Source of the DNA: Coriobacteriia bacterium
GTDB lineage: Bacteria > Actinomycetota > Coriobacteriia > Anaerosomatales > PALSA-660
Direction: 5' to 3'
NCBI GenBank assembly: GCA_030651905.1
Contig: JAUSBS010000065.1
Span: forward strand, 1 to 61,514
DNA: 61,514 nt
Part shown: in pieces, positions 1-9,658 of the stretch
How the letters are laid out: each line of letters starts with the position of its first letter
Position numbering within the stretch: position 1 is the first letter of the stretch
The notes under the pieces: generated by a model
The model's database searches: none
The model's input: the letters and a program-made list of their open reading frames with translations, nothing else
What the model was told of the DNA's origin: nothing
Made by a program: the position numbers and the translations under genes

Positions 1-615
1 GACCGCCAGCACCTCTTCGAGCTTGTGCGTGATGAGTACGACCGACAGACCCTCGTTCACCAGGGTGCGCACCACGGTGAAGAGCTCCGATACCTCCTGC
101 GGCGTGAGCACGGCGGTCGGCTCGTCGAGGATGAGGATACGTGCGCCCTGATAGAGCGCCTTCAGTATCTCGACCCGCTGTTGGAAGCCCACCTGCAGGT
201 CCATGATCCTGGCGTCCGGGTCGACCTTGAGGCCGTAGCGGTCGGAGATCTCGCACACAGCCGCGCGCGCCTTCGCCAGATCGAGCACGCCCCCGCGCAC
301 GGGCTCTCGCCCGAGCACGATGTTCTCGGTGACGGTCAGCGGTTCGACCAGCATGAAGTGCTGATGGACCATGCCGATCCCGAGGTCGATGGCGTTGCGG
401 GGCGTGCGGATACGTACCGGTTCTCCGTCGATCAACACCTCGCCGCCATCGGCGGTCAGCAGACCGTACACGACGTTCATGAGCGTCGACTTGCCGGCCC
501 CGTTCTCGCCGAGCAGTGCGACGATCTCGCCCCGCTCGAGTTTCAGCGAGACGCAGTCGTTGGCGACGACTCCCGGGAACACCTTCGTCACATCACGCAG
601 CTCGAGAACGGCCAT
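1..615 (-). CDS. ABC transporter ATP-binding protein, 5' part (gene runs off the window edge)
   Basis: Not in the ORF track because it is truncated. Reverse translation from ATG at 613-615 gives MAVLELRDVTKVF...LLGENGAGKSTLMNV (Walker A)...ARILILDEPTAVL (Walker B). It lies directly downstream of a BMP-family binding-protein gene. Confidence 0.85.
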   Translation of the reverse strand, partial: MAVLELRDVTKVFPGVVANDCVSLKLERGEIVALLGENGAGKSTLMNVVYGLLTADGGEVLIDGEPVRIRTPRNAIDLGIGMVHQHFMLVEPLTVTENIVLGREPVRGGVLDLAKARAAVCEISDRYGLKVDPDARIMDLQVGFQQRVEILKALYQGARILILDEPTAVLTPQEVSELFTVVRTLVNEGLSVVLITHKLEEVLAV

Positions 616-665
616 CGCGACTCCTCGCTGACTCGCGCCCTGCCCACTGTCGGATCACTCGCGCA

Positions 666-705
666 GCGGGGGCGGCCGGCTGATGAAGCTGCCGACCGCC
701 CCCGC
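666..705 (-). promoter_or_regulatory. GC-rich intercistronic hairpin between the binding-protein and ATPase genes
   Basis: gcgggggcgg (666-675) is the exact complement of ccgcccccgc (696-705), and further pairs form inside the loop. There is no U-tract, so it is more likely an mRNA stabiliser or partial terminator than a full terminator. Confidence 0.35.
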
Positions 706-745
706 GTTGTCGAACCTTGTTGGCCGGGTCCTGAAGTGACCGGAC

Positions 746-1813
746 TTAAGCCTTCGTGGGGTCCTCAGGAACGACGACGCTGCCGTCGATGATGGCCGCC
801 TTGGCCTTCTCGATGGCGTCCTTGAGCGTCTGCGGGACCTTGCTCTCGAAGTCATGCCACGGCGCGAGATCCACGCCGCCCTCCTTGAGGCCGAACGTCA
901 TGTTGCCGGCCTTGTAGGTACCGTCCTTGACGGCCTTGATCGTGTCGAAGACGCCGACGTCGACGCGCTTCATCGCGGAGGTGATGACGGTGTCTCCCGG
1001 TGTCGGCAGCGTCAGGTACTGGTCGGAGTCGACTCCGATGAACAGCGCGTTCTTCTCCTTGCAGGCCTGATAGGCACCGATGCCGGACTGCCCGGCTGCG
1101 GCGAAGATGATGTCGACCTTCTGGCTGATGAGCGAGAGGCCGAGCTCCTTACCCTTCGCCTGGTCGGTGAAGCTACCCGAGTACAGCGACTTGACGACGA
1201 CGTCGGGGTTCACGGACTTGGCGCCGGCGATGAAACCGGCCTCGAACTTCTGCACCGGCGGGATCGGCATGCCGCCGACGAAGCCGATGACGTTCTCCTT
1301 GTTGATCCGCGGATCGACCGCAGTGTCCTTGGTGAGCAGGCCAGCCGTTACGCCTGCGAGGTACCCGGCCTCCTGCTCCTTGAACAGCAGACCGAGCTGG
1401 TTGGGCTGCGTGCCCCCGTTGAAGATGTCGATGCCGCCGAACTTCACGCTCGGGAAGTCAGTCGCGGCCTTGCTGATCGCGTCGCCCATGAGGAAGCCGA
1501 CGCAGAAGATGACCTCGTACTTGTCGTTCGCGAGCAGTGCGATGTTGCTGTCGTAGTCGGTCATGGCCTTGGAAGAGACGGCCTTGATCTCAACGCCCAG
1601 TTCCTTCTCGGCCTTCTGAAGGCCGGCATACGACAAGTCGTTGAACGACTTGTCCCCGAGGCCGCCGATGTCGGTGACCATTCCGGCCTTGAGCTTCGCT
1701 GCCGGCGGAGTCGTCGGTTCGGCCGGAGTCGTTCCACCGCAACCGCCGAGTGCAAGCATGCTCAGCGCCGCGATCAGTACCAATGCGAGAACCGTGCGGA
1801 TTCCCCTTCTCAC
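746..1813 (-). CDS. BMP-family (PnrA/Med-like) ABC substrate-binding lipoprotein
   Basis: The ORF has a signal peptide and a lipobox (LSMLALGGCGG) and a BMP-like body. The start is set at GTG 1813, 9 nt after GGAGG; the track start at 1822 abuts the SD and is less likely. TAA stop at 746. Confidence 0.85.
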   Translation of the reverse strand: MRRGIRTVLALVLIAALSMLALGGCGGTTPAEPTTPPAAKLKAGMVTDIGGLGDKSFNDLSYAGLQKAEKELGVEIKAVSSKAMTDYDSNIALLANDKYEVIFCVGFLMGDAISKAATDFPSVKFGGIDIFNGGTQPNQLGLLFKEQEAGYLAGVTAGLLTKDTAVDPRINKENVIGFVGGMPIPPVQKFEAGFIAGAKSVNPDVVVKSLYSGSFTDQAKGKELGLSLISQKVDIIFAAAGQSGIGAYQACKEKNALFIGVDSDQYLTLPTPGDTVITSAMKRVDVGVFDTIKAVKDGTYKAGNMTFGLKEGGVDLAPWHDFESKVPQTLKDAIEKAKAAIIDGSVVVPEDPTKA

Positions 1814-1946
1814 ACGTACCACCCTCCATTCACCTCACGGACGTGCCCTATCCATACAGTGTACCCCGTGCGCGCACTCGCGCTAGATGTAGTGTTCCCT
1901 TGCGGCGCCGTTTCTGGCGGTCCGGAGATGTACCGGTTCCAGGCCA

Positions 1947-2852
1947 CTACCTGATCCGGGCACGCGGGTGCGTCGAGAGGTACTCCTCCCGCAGATGTGA
2001 GCGGTCGACGTGGGTGTAGAGCTGGGTCGTGGAGATGTCGCTGTGGCCGAGCATCTCCTGCAGCGCCCGAAGGTCGGCGCCGCCCTCGAGCATATGCGTC
2101 GCGAACGAATGGCGAAGCGTGTGCGGATGCAGATCGAGCCCGACCCGCCCGCCGTAGGCGCGCACGATAGCGAAGATCGTCTGGCGGGTCAGGCGTCCGC
2201 CGCGGACGTTGACAAAGACGGCCGCGGGATCCTGGCGGCGGGCTCTGCCCTTCGGCCTCAGAACGCGTCGCGCATGATCGAGGTAGTCCCGCAACGCGGC
2301 CAGCGCGGCGCCCGCGATCGGCACGGCGCGCTCCTTCCCGCCCTTGCCGTACACCCGGACGAAACCATCGGTCAGCTCGAGGTCGGTCAGGTCGAGACCG
2401 ACGATCTCGCTCGCACGCATCCCGCAACCATAGAGGACCTCGAGGATGGCGCGGTCGCGGAGACCGACAGGTCCCTCCGGGAACGGCTGTTCGAGGAGCC
2501 GCTCGACTTGTTCGACCGAGACGACATCGGGGAGGCGTTGCGGCTTCTTGGGCAGCGGCATGCTGGCGGTCGGATGGTTCTCGGTCACGCCATCACGGAC
2601 CAGGAACTTGTGGAACGACTTCACGGCGGCCACCTTGCGCTCGACCGAGGCGGGCGCCAGCCCGCGGGCCTGCAGCGAACCGATGAACGCAACGACGTCC
2701 TCACGGGTGATGGTCGACGGGTCCGTGACGCCGCGCTCGAACAGGAAGTCCGCATACGCGTCGAGGTCGCGACGATACGCCGACGTCGTATTGGGTGATG
2801 CGCCACGCTCCACGGTCATGTATCCCAGAAAGTCGGCGACAAGCCGCTTCAT
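1947..2852 (-). CDS. xerD: Tyrosine site-specific recombinase XerD-like
   Basis: 301 aa. The C-terminal catalytic region reads HTLRHSFATHMLEGGADLRALQEMLGHSDISTTQLYTH. It has a 4-nt ATGA overlap with the upstream GNAT gene. Confidence 0.75.
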   Translation of the reverse strand: MKRLVADFLGYMTVERGASPNTTSAYRRDLDAYADFLFERGVTDPSTITREDVVAFIGSLQARGLAPASVERKVAAVKSFHKFLVRDGVTENHPTASMPLPKKPQRLPDVVSVEQVERLLEQPFPEGPVGLRDRAILEVLYGCGMRASEIVGLDLTDLELTDGFVRVYGKGGKERAVPIAGAALAALRDYLDHARRVLRPKGRARRQDPAAVFVNVRGGRLTRQTIFAIVRAYGGRVGLDLHPHTLRHSFATHMLEGGADLRALQEMLGHSDISTTQLYTHVDRSHLREEYLSTHPRARIR

Positions 2853-3358
2853 GACACATCCCCTCCCCCGCCAGCACTCCGTGAGCGCCGGTCGTGGCGC
2901 AGGTAGACGATCTCCAGCAGCTCGGTCTCGCGTTCACGGCGTGTCTCGACGTAGCCGAGCTTGAGGTAGAGCCCCATGCCTGGCTCGTTGAGACCGCCCG
3001 TGAAGAGCTCGAAGCACTCGGCTTCCGGGAACCGCTGCTCAAGCTCGAGCATCAGCGCCGTCGCCACGCCGCGTCGCTGCTCTTGTGGATCGACCACGAG
3101 TCGACCGACATGCACACACTCCTCCTGGCGCTTGCCGCGCACGGATCCGAGGATGCGTCCCGTCGAGTCGGTCGCGACGAGAACGAGGTGCTCGCGGATG
3201 TCGTGCACGACGTCGTCTGCCGTCTCGATCAGGGGCGGCAACCGGACCTCATCGTAGCGCCGCGCAGCAGGCAGGAACGCTGCCTGCTGGATGCGCAGGA
3301 TCTCCCCGGCCTCGTCGACGCGTGCGTCCCGGACAGTGATGTCAGGTCCCTCGTTCAT
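2849..3358 (-). CDS. GNAT family N-acetyltransferase
   Basis: 169 aa with a GNAT motif-A-like segment, [16 protein letters not shown]. Confidence 0.7.
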   Translation of the reverse strand: MNEGPDITVRDARVDEAGEILRIQQAAFLPAARRYDEVRLPPLIETADDVVHDIREHLVLVATDSTGRILGSVRGKRQEECVHVGRLVVDPQEQRRGVATALMLELEQRFPEAECFELFTGGLNEPGMGLYLKLGYVETRRERETELLEIVYLRHDRRSRSAGGGGDVS

Positions 3359-3471
3359 ACCTTGAGATTATGTCGCATCGCAGGCGGCGTCGCACGGTGA
3401 CGGGAGGATCTGCCGTGGCCGCCGCTCCAGAGGCTCCGCTTCGCGGGAACCTGCAGGCCGCCGGACACGCA

Positions 3472-3557
3472 GCAGACCCCCGCGTGGGTGTCCCGAACAT
3501 TCTGCAGGCGCGGTCTGTGCGCCGAAGCCGTTCGGGACCGCCCGCGTGGGGGTCTGC
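3472..3557 (-). terminator. Long imperfect hairpin immediately downstream of ald
   Basis: The outer stem pairs gcagaccccc (3472-3481) with gggggtctgc (3548-3557). An inner stem pairs gtcccgaac (3490-3498) with gttcgggac (3530-3538). An apical hairpin ggcgc-acagacc-gcgcc forms on the minus strand. There is no clear U-tract. Confidence 0.4.
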
Positions 3558-3577
3558 GCAAGGTTCTTCGAAAGGCT

Positions 3578-4693
3578 CTACGCCAGCAGCGACTCCAGCG
3601 GCGTGTACTCCATGCTGTGCGCCTCGGCGACCTCTCTGTACACGATCTTCCCGTCCAGCACGTTGACGCCCTTCGCAAGCGCTGCGTCGTCGCGCACCGC
3701 CTGCTTCCAGCCCTTGTTCGCGATGGCCAGGCCGTAGCGCAGCGTCGCGTTCGTCAGCGCCATCGTCGACGTGTTCGGCACTGCGCCGGGCATGTTGGCG
3801 ACGCCGTAGTGCAGCACATCCTCGACGAAGTAGATCGGATCGGCGTGCGTCGTCGCGTGGGTCGTCTCGATGCAGCCGCCCTGGTCGACGGAGACGTCGA
3901 CTATGACGGAGCCCTTCTTCATGCTCGGCAGCATGTCCCTCGTGACGAGCCACGGGCACTTGGCCCCCGGCAGGAGCACGGCGCCGATCACGAGGTCGGC
4001 CGCGTAGACGGCGTCCTCGACGTTGTGACGGTTGCTGTAGACGGTGCGCATACGGTTGCCCCACAGCTCATCGATGTAGCGCAGCCGATCGAGGTTCACG
4101 TCGAGCACGGTGACCTGTGAGCCCATGCCGCACGCGATGTAGGCGGCGTTGATGCCCACGACTCCTGCGCCGAGAACGACGACGTTGGCAGGCAGGACAC
4201 CAGGGACGCCGCCCATGAGCACGCCACGTCCGCCGTTCGGCTTCTGCAGGTAGGCGGCGCCCACCTGTGCGGCCATACGACCGGCGACCTCGGACATAGG
4301 CGCGAGCAGCGGCAGGCTCCTGTTCGGCAACTCGACCGTCTCGTAGGCGAAGCAGACAGCGCCTGAGCCGACGAGACCCTGGGTCTGGGAGAGGTCGGGG
4401 GCGAGGTGCAGGTACGTGTAGAGGATCTGGCCGGGGCGCAGGCGCGCGATCTCGACGGCCTGGGGCTCCTTGACCTTGACGATCATCTCAGCGCGGGCGA
4501 ACACCTCGTCCGCGGTGTCGACGAGCTCGGCCCCGGCGCGCAGGTACTCGCTGTCGGGGAAGGACGATCCTTCGCCTGCCGCCTTCTCGACGAGCACCGA
4601 GTGGCCGTGCGCCACGAACTCGGCGACGCCTCCCGGCGTCATGCCGACACGGAACTCGTTGTTCTTGATCTCCTTCGGGACTCCGATGATCAT
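3578..4693 (-). CDS. ald: Alanine dehydrogenase
   Basis: 371 aa. N-terminus [20 protein letters not shown]; NAD-binding fold [14 protein letters not shown]. Confidence 0.9.
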   Translation of the reverse strand: MIIGVPKEIKNNEFRVGMTPGGVAEFVAHGHSVLVEKAAGEGSSFPDSEYLRAGAELVDTADEVFARAEMIVKVKEPQAVEIARLRPGQILYTYLHLAPDLSQTQGLVGSGAVCFAYETVELPNRSLPLLAPMSEVAGRMAAQVGAAYLQKPNGGRGVLMGGVPGVLPANVVVLGAGVVGINAAYIACGMGSQVTVLDVNLDRLRYIDELWGNRMRTVYSNRHNVEDAVYAADLVIGAVLLPGAKCPWLVTRDMLPSMKKGSVIVDVSVDQGGCIETTHATTHADPIYFVEDVLHYGVANMPGAVPNTSTMALTNATLRYGLAIANKGWKQAVRDDAALAKGVNVLDGKIVYREVAEAHSMEYTPLESLLA

Positions 4694-4838
4694 GAGCCGC
4701 CATTCCCTTCGTCGATACGACGTATGCGTGCGCGGGCCCGAACCGTTCGTTGCTGGCGGTCGCGGTGCTCCGCATAAGAAACCCTTGCCAGTGTATCGCT
4801 CGCCGTGACGGGCGCAAGGTCGTCGTTCTCCCCGCGGG

Positions 4839-5924
4839 TCAGCTCAGGATCCTGCCGGCGACGGTCCCGCCGGCCGCGGCCGCCGAGAAGAACGCGGGGT
4901 CGTCGTCCGGGCCGCGCCCCATCGTACGAACGCGCACCCCGCGCATGTTCGGCAGAGGTCGAGGCTCCACGTCGGCACGAACATGGCGCTCCCACACGCG
5001 GGCATCCGCCAGCGCGCCCTCGAGGAGCGCGGCCTGTTCGGGCGGGAGCGCAGGCACCGCCACGCGGGACGGAGCCAGCGCGACGCGACCCAGCGCCGTG
5101 ATCGAGTGATGACTGACGCCCCGATGGCGCGGCCGCTCATCTGCGAAGGAGAGGCGCAGCACTGCCACGGGCACTCCGCCGACCGAGGCGGCGGCATTGA
5201 GCGCCTCGCCCTGAGCCACTCCTCCGTGGCCGAACGGCGTCCCCGTTCCCACGACGCCCGGGCCGATAGCGACGATCGCCGCGTCACAGGCGGCGACATG
5301 CCTGGCGATCAGCAGGCCCGAGTGCACGGTGACGGCCTCATGCTCGCCGCCGAAGGCCTGCCCGCACGTCACGCACGTGTCCAAGAGTCCCGCAGCCACG
5401 CATGCGGGGACCAGGTCGGAGAGCGCGAAGGGCAGCGCGGCGCCGTCGGTCATCACGTAGGCGAGGCGCGCGGACGGCGCTTCGTGCTTGATGGCCGCGG
5501 CGACGAGCGGGATCTGGCTATGGAGTCCGCAGCACACGACCGGCATGCCATCGACATCCACTGCGGAGGCAAGGCGCTCGTGGTACTGACTCTCCTGTGC
5601 CTCATCGCACAGAACGCCCAGCTGCATGGGCGTGTAGCGCAGCTTCATGATATGGCCGGCCGAAGGACGATCCACCACTGCCCCCGTGGGGGACGGCGTG
5701 TCCGAGCCCGCGCGCGCGACCACGAAGTGGATACCGCCTGTCCCGAGAGCAAGGTCGACAGCAGTCGTGTTGAGCACGACGCGCTCGCCCGCCGCGACAG
5801 CGCCGCTGAGCGCCGTGTAGCACACCGCCACTCCGGCAGAGCCGTCGTCCAGTGTCACGACGAGACGCTGCAGCCCCTCGCGCTGTTCCGCCACTTCGAC
5901 GACGGTGCCCCAGACCGCGCGCAT
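4839..5924 (-). CDS. DUF3866-family protein (conserved, uncharacterised)
   Basis: 361 aa. The N-terminus (GTVVEV...[24 protein letters not shown]) matches my recollection of the DUF3866 family. No catalytic motif recognised. Confidence 0.6.
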   Translation of the reverse strand: MRAVWGTVVEVAEQREGLQRLVVTLDDGSAGVAVCYTALSGAVAAGERVVLNTTAVDLALGTGGIHFVVARAGSDTPSPTGAVVDRPSAGHIMKLRYTPMQLGVLCDEAQESQYHERLASAVDVDGMPVVCCGLHSQIPLVAAAIKHEAPSARLAYVMTDGAALPFALSDLVPACVAAGLLDTCVTCGQAFGGEHEAVTVHSGLLIARHVAACDAAIVAIGPGVVGTGTPFGHGGVAQGEALNAAASVGGVPVAVLRLSFADERPRHRGVSHHSITALGRVALAPSRVAVPALPPEQAALLEGALADARVWERHVRADVEPRPLPNMRGVRVRTMGRGPDDDPAFFSAAAAGGTVAGRILS

Positions 5925-5934
5925 CGCTTCTCTC

Positions 5935-7056
5935 CTACCTCCGCGCCCGTTCGATGGTCGCGAGCAGGAGCCGCGTGAGCGCCTCGAGATCCTCCACGCG
6001 CACGCTCTCGCCGGTGCCGTGCACGTTGGTCATTCCCGACGCGAGCACCAGGGATGGCAGCCCCTTCGCGGACAGCGCGTTGCCGTCGCTGCCGCCACCG
6101 GTCTGAAACAGTCGCGGCGTGAGTCCCGCCTCTCGGCAGGCATCAGACACGAGAACGACGAGAGGATCGTCGTCAGCGAACCGGAATCCGTCGTACTCCT
6201 TGGTCCACAGGATACGCACCGTGCCGTCGTGCGCCGCCGCTGACGTGCTCATCGCGGTGTCCATCTCGATGCGGATCGCCTCGGCCTTCACCGCGTCGAG
6301 CGAGCGGCACTCGCCCGTGAGCACGCAGGCGGCGGTGACGACGTTGGTGGCGCCGCCGCCCTCGATGCGGCCGATGTTGCAGGTGGTCTCGTCGTCGATG
6401 CGGCCGATCCGCATGGCCGCGACCGCCTCACACGCCATGACCGCCGCGGAACGCCCCTTCTCCGGCTCGACACCCGCATGTGCGGCCCTGCCCTGAAACG
6501 TCGCCTTGAAGGTGTGATGGGTCGGCGAAGCGGTCACGATCCCGCCGGGCGCACCGTCCGCGTCCAGCACGAGGCAGAGGTCGCCGGTCGCGTCCGCCGC
6601 ATCGAGCGCCTTGGCGCCCTGCAGACCCATCTCCTCGCCCACCGTGATGATGACGCGCAAGGGCGGGTGCGGCAGACCCCCTCCGGTGACCCGTCGGACG
6701 CACTCGATGATGGCCGCGAGTCCCGCCTTGTCGTCGGAGCCCAGGATCGTCTCGCCCGCCGAGCGGACGACACCGTCTTCGACCACGGGTACGATCCCGC
6801 GACCCGGCTCGACCGTGTCCATGTGGCCGGAGAAGACGAGCGTCATGCCGGCAACGGTGCCCGGCAGCTCCGCGATGAGGTTGCCGCATTCGGAGTCGGT
6901 TCGCTCCTGTGCGCTGTCGAAGCGCACCGACATGCCGGCCGCGACGAGCGCGTCAGCCATGTAGCGTCCGACCGCGGCCTCGCTACCTGCAGGGCTGTCG
7001 ATCCGTACGAGTTCCAGGAACGTCGCGAGAAGCCGCTCGTCTTCGGGACTACTCAC
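5935..7056 (-). CDS. M20-family metallopeptidase (peptidase T-like)
   Basis: The C-terminal 373 aa of the 700-aa track ORF carry the motifs SGHMDTV, GSDDKAG and GEEMGLQGA. The start is set at GTG 7054-7056, which overlaps the pyrG stop (GTGA). The upstream extension is an out-of-frame shadow of pyrG. Confidence 0.8.
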   Translation of the reverse strand: MSSPEDERLLATFLELVRIDSPAGSEAAVGRYMADALVAAGMSVRFDSAQERTDSECGNLIAELPGTVAGMTLVFSGHMDTVEPGRGIVPVVEDGVVRSAGETILGSDDKAGLAAIIECVRRVTGGGLPHPPLRVIITVGEEMGLQGAKALDAADATGDLCLVLDADGAPGGIVTASPTHHTFKATFQGRAAHAGVEPEKGRSAAVMACEAVAAMRIGRIDDETTCNIGRIEGGGATNVVTAACVLTGECRSLDAVKAEAIRIEMDTAMSTSAAAHDGTVRILWTKEYDGFRFADDDPLVVLVSDACREAGLTPRLFQTGGGSDGNALSAKGLPSLVLASGMTNVHGTGESVRVEDLEALTRLLLATIERARR

Positions 7057-8666
7057 GACTTGCGGCCGTTCTTGAACGTCACGGCAGCGCCGATGAAGTC
7101 GCGGAAGAGCGGTGCAGGTCTTGTCGGACGGCTCTTGAACTCGGGATGCCCCTGATTGCCGACGAACCACGGGTGGTCCGCAAGCTCGATCATCTCGACC
7201 AGGTTGCCGTCGGGCGAGAGGCCCGAGATGACGAGGCCCGCATCCGTGAGTCGATCTCGGTACGCGTTGTTGACCTCGTAGCGATGGCGGTGACGCTCGT
7301 AGATGACTTCCTCGCCGTATGCGTCCCAGCCCTTGGTCCCCGGCGTCACCTTGCACGGGTAGGCACCCAGGCGCATCGTCCCGCCCATGTCGTGGACGTC
7401 CAGCTGCGTGCTCATCAGATCGATGACCGGGTGCGGCGTGACCGGATCGAACTCGGAGGAGTTGGCGCCCTCGAGACCGGCGACATGACGGGCGAACTCG
7501 GCCACGGCCACCTGCATGCCGAGACAGATGCCGAAGTACGGCACCTTGTTCTCGCGTGCGTAGCAGGCAGCGCGGATCTTCCCTTCTATGCCGCGAACAC
7601 CGAAGCCGCCGGGCACGAGGATGCCGTCCATCTCCGAGAGGAGCTGGTCGACCTCCTCCGGGGTGATCCCTTCCGCATCGACCCAGTGGATCTTCACATC
7701 GTGGTCGTGGAAGATGCCGGCGTGCTTGAGCGACTCGTGGACGGAGAGGTAGGCGTCGGGCAGCTGCACGTACTTGCCCACCAGCGCGATCTGCACCGTG
7801 TCGGTGAGCTGCTGGCTGTGCGAGACGAAGCGGTCCCACTCCTCCATGTCCGGCTTGCCGCACTCGAGGCTGAGCTTCTCGATGACCATCTCGTCGAGAG
7901 ACTGCTCTCGGAGCTTGAGCGGGACCTGATAGATGGACGGCGCATCCTGGGCGGAGATGACCGCAGCCGGATCGACGTCGCAGAACAGCCCGATCTTGCG
8001 CCGGATGTCCGCGTCGATAGGGCGATCGGAACGACACACGATGAAATCGGGCTGGATGCCGATACTGCGCAGCTCCTTGACGGAGTGCTGGGTCGGCTTG
8101 GTCTTCAGTTCGGCGGCGGCGGCGATATACGGCACGAGGCTGACGTGGATGTAGCAGACGTTGTCGCGGCCCACGTCCTTCTTCAGCTGGCGGATGGCCT
8201 CCAGGAACGGTAGCGACTCGATGTCGCCCACGGTGCCGCCGACCTCGGTGATGACCACATCGGGCTTGGTCTGTTCGGCCAGCCGGATGATGCGCTCCTT
8301 GATCTCGTTCGTGACGTGCGGGATGACCTGGACGGTGCCGCCCAGGAAGTCGCCTCGGCGCTCTCTGGTCAGCAGCGTGTGGTAGACGGAGCCGGCGGTC
8401 ACGTTGCAGTCGCGGGACAAGGCCTCGTCGATGAAGCGCTCGTAGTGGCCCAGGTCCAGATCGGTCTCGCCGCCGTCGTCGGTGACGAAGACCTCGCCGT
8501 GCTGGAACGGACTCATGGTGCCCGGGTCGACGTTGAGATACGGGTCGAGCTTCTGGATCGTGACCTTGAGCCCGCGGCTCTTGAGCAGCCTGCCGAGCGA
8601 AGCGGCAGTGATGCCCTTGCCGAGCGAGCTGGTCACGCCTCCTGTGACGAAGATGTGCTTTGCCAT
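7053..8666 (-). CDS. pyrG: CTP synthase
   Basis: [19 protein letters not shown] from ATG 8664-8666, preceded by an AAGGAAGGA SD. Glutaminase motif GICLGMQ. Confidence 0.95.
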   Translation of the reverse strand: MAKHIFVTGGVTSSLGKGITAASLGRLLKSRGLKVTIQKLDPYLNVDPGTMSPFQHGEVFVTDDGGETDLDLGHYERFIDEALSRDCNVTAGSVYHTLLTRERRGDFLGGTVQVIPHVTNEIKERIIRLAEQTKPDVVITEVGGTVGDIESLPFLEAIRQLKKDVGRDNVCYIHVSLVPYIAAAAELKTKPTQHSVKELRSIGIQPDFIVCRSDRPIDADIRRKIGLFCDVDPAAVISAQDAPSIYQVPLKLREQSLDEMVIEKLSLECGKPDMEEWDRFVSHSQQLTDTVQIALVGKYVQLPDAYLSVHESLKHAGIFHDHDVKIHWVDAEGITPEEVDQLLSEMDGILVPGGFGVRGIEGKIRAACYARENKVPYFGICLGMQVAVAEFARHVAGLEGANSSEFDPVTPHPVIDLMSTQLDVHDMGGTMRLGAYPCKVTPGTKGWDAYGEEVIYERHRHRYEVNNAYRDRLTDAGLVISGLSPDGNLVEMIELADHPWFVGNQGHPEFKSRPTRPAPLFRDFIGAAVTFKNGRKS

Positions 8667-8704
8667 GCCCCTAGATCGCGCCGTCCTTCCTTGTGTCCAC
8701 GTCG

Positions 8705-9658
8705 CTAGAGTCTTCCGAGCCCGTCGATCCACCTCAGGAGGGAGTTGCCCTCGATGACTCTCGAGAATGAGACCTTCTCGCTGAGGATGTTGAGTGCCAG
8801 CACGAACACCAGGTACACGCCCAGGCCCCAGATCGGAAGACTCGACACCAAAAGGAAGCCGGCCAGCGCGCCCATCGCGTTGGCGCCGGCGTCACCGAGC
8901 ATCCCGCGTTCACCGAGGTCGTAGCGCCACACGGCGACGACCGGACCCAAGGTGAGCAGTGATGTGATCAGCGCGACGGTCACAGCGCGCGAGATGCCGG
9001 TCCCTTCCGACATCAACCAGGCCGAGGCGGCCGTGGCCTCGATCGCGATGCCTGCCAGGAGCACATAGGCTTTGAGCGCCCGCCCCGGCCTGAGATCCGT
9101 GAGGTTGACCAGGTTGGCGCTCAGCGCGATGGCCGGCGTGGCCACGATCCAATGCACCCACCACGGAGCGATCGCGCCCCATCCCGTCTGGACAGCGAGC
9201 AGCGACCCCACGGCGCCTGCGACCGCCGAGGCGACGCCGATCCCAACGAGCTTGAGCCCTCCGGTGGTGAGACGACCTTTCGCCATAGCGCGGAGATGCC
9301 CGCCGAACCCGCGGACATCCGCGTTGCCGAAGACGTCGTCGATCAGCCCGAAAGCGAACGCGGCGAGAACGAGGACAGCTGCCGCGGACCATGTGAGGCC
9401 CGTCATCGTCGCGATACCTTCGCCCATGACTCCGCTGAGGACGATGCTCGCAAGCGCGAACGCCAGCACGGAAACGGCCCACATGAGCCACACGACGCCG
9501 AGCCCGTGACCGATCTCGACTCCCCGGTAGTTGCGCGTCGTCTTCGAGCCGGCCTCCAGCGACGGCATGAGTCCCCACATCCCGAGCACGGGCATCGCAA
9601 CGCCCGCCACGGCTGCCAGGAACACGAGTGCGGCAGACGTTCCCAGTTCGGTGTTCAC
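8705..9658 (-). CDS. Polytopic membrane protein, divergent MraY/WecA-type polyprenyl-phosphate glycosyl-1-phosphate transferase
   Basis: 317 aa with about 9-10 hydrophobic spans. It has an IDDVFG (DDxxG) motif, [12 protein letters not shown] (a degenerate NxxNxxDGxDG) and [10 protein letters not shown] (GDxGSxxLG-like). Confidence 0.55.
   Translation of the reverse strand: MNTELGTSAALVFLAAVAGVAMPVLGMWGLMPSLEAGSKTTRNYRGVEIGHGLGVVWLMWAVSVLAFALASIVLSGVMGEGIATMTGLTWSAAAVLVLAAFAFGLIDDVFGNADVRGFGGHLRAMAKGRLTTGGLKLVGIGVASAVAGAVGSLLAVQTGWGAIAPWWVHWIVATPAIALSANLVNLTDLRPGRALKAYVLLAGIAIEATAASAWLMSEGTGISRAVTVALITSLLTLGPVVAVWRYDLGERGMLGDAGANAMGALAGFLLVSSLPIWGLGVYLVFVLALNILSEKVSFSRVIEGNSLLRWIDGLGRL

Noticed and set aside
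854-1954. Long plus-strand ORFs antisense to clearly homologous minus-strand genes. This is one example; others include 6909-8213, 15375-16637, 19811-21757, 26403-28259, 38517-40553, 52407-54560 and 55740-56990.
   Set aside because: These are typical high-GC shadow ORFs. Their translations are Arg/Ala/Gly/Pro/Asp-rich with no recognisable motifs, and each lies entirely opposite a gene with strong family signatures.
3351-3378. dif-like sequence (ttatgtcgcat resembles the XerD-binding arm TTATGTnAAnT) close to xerD.
   Set aside because: The would-be XerC arm and central region do not match a dif consensus. The match overlaps the GNAT start codon region and its 5' UTR. It is most likely chance.
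7057-8037. N-terminal 327 aa of the 700-aa track ORF 5935-8037.
   Set aside because: It is an out-of-frame overlap with pyrG and the sequence is Arg/Pro-rich nonsense. The real M20 peptidase starts at the GTG that overlaps the pyrG stop.
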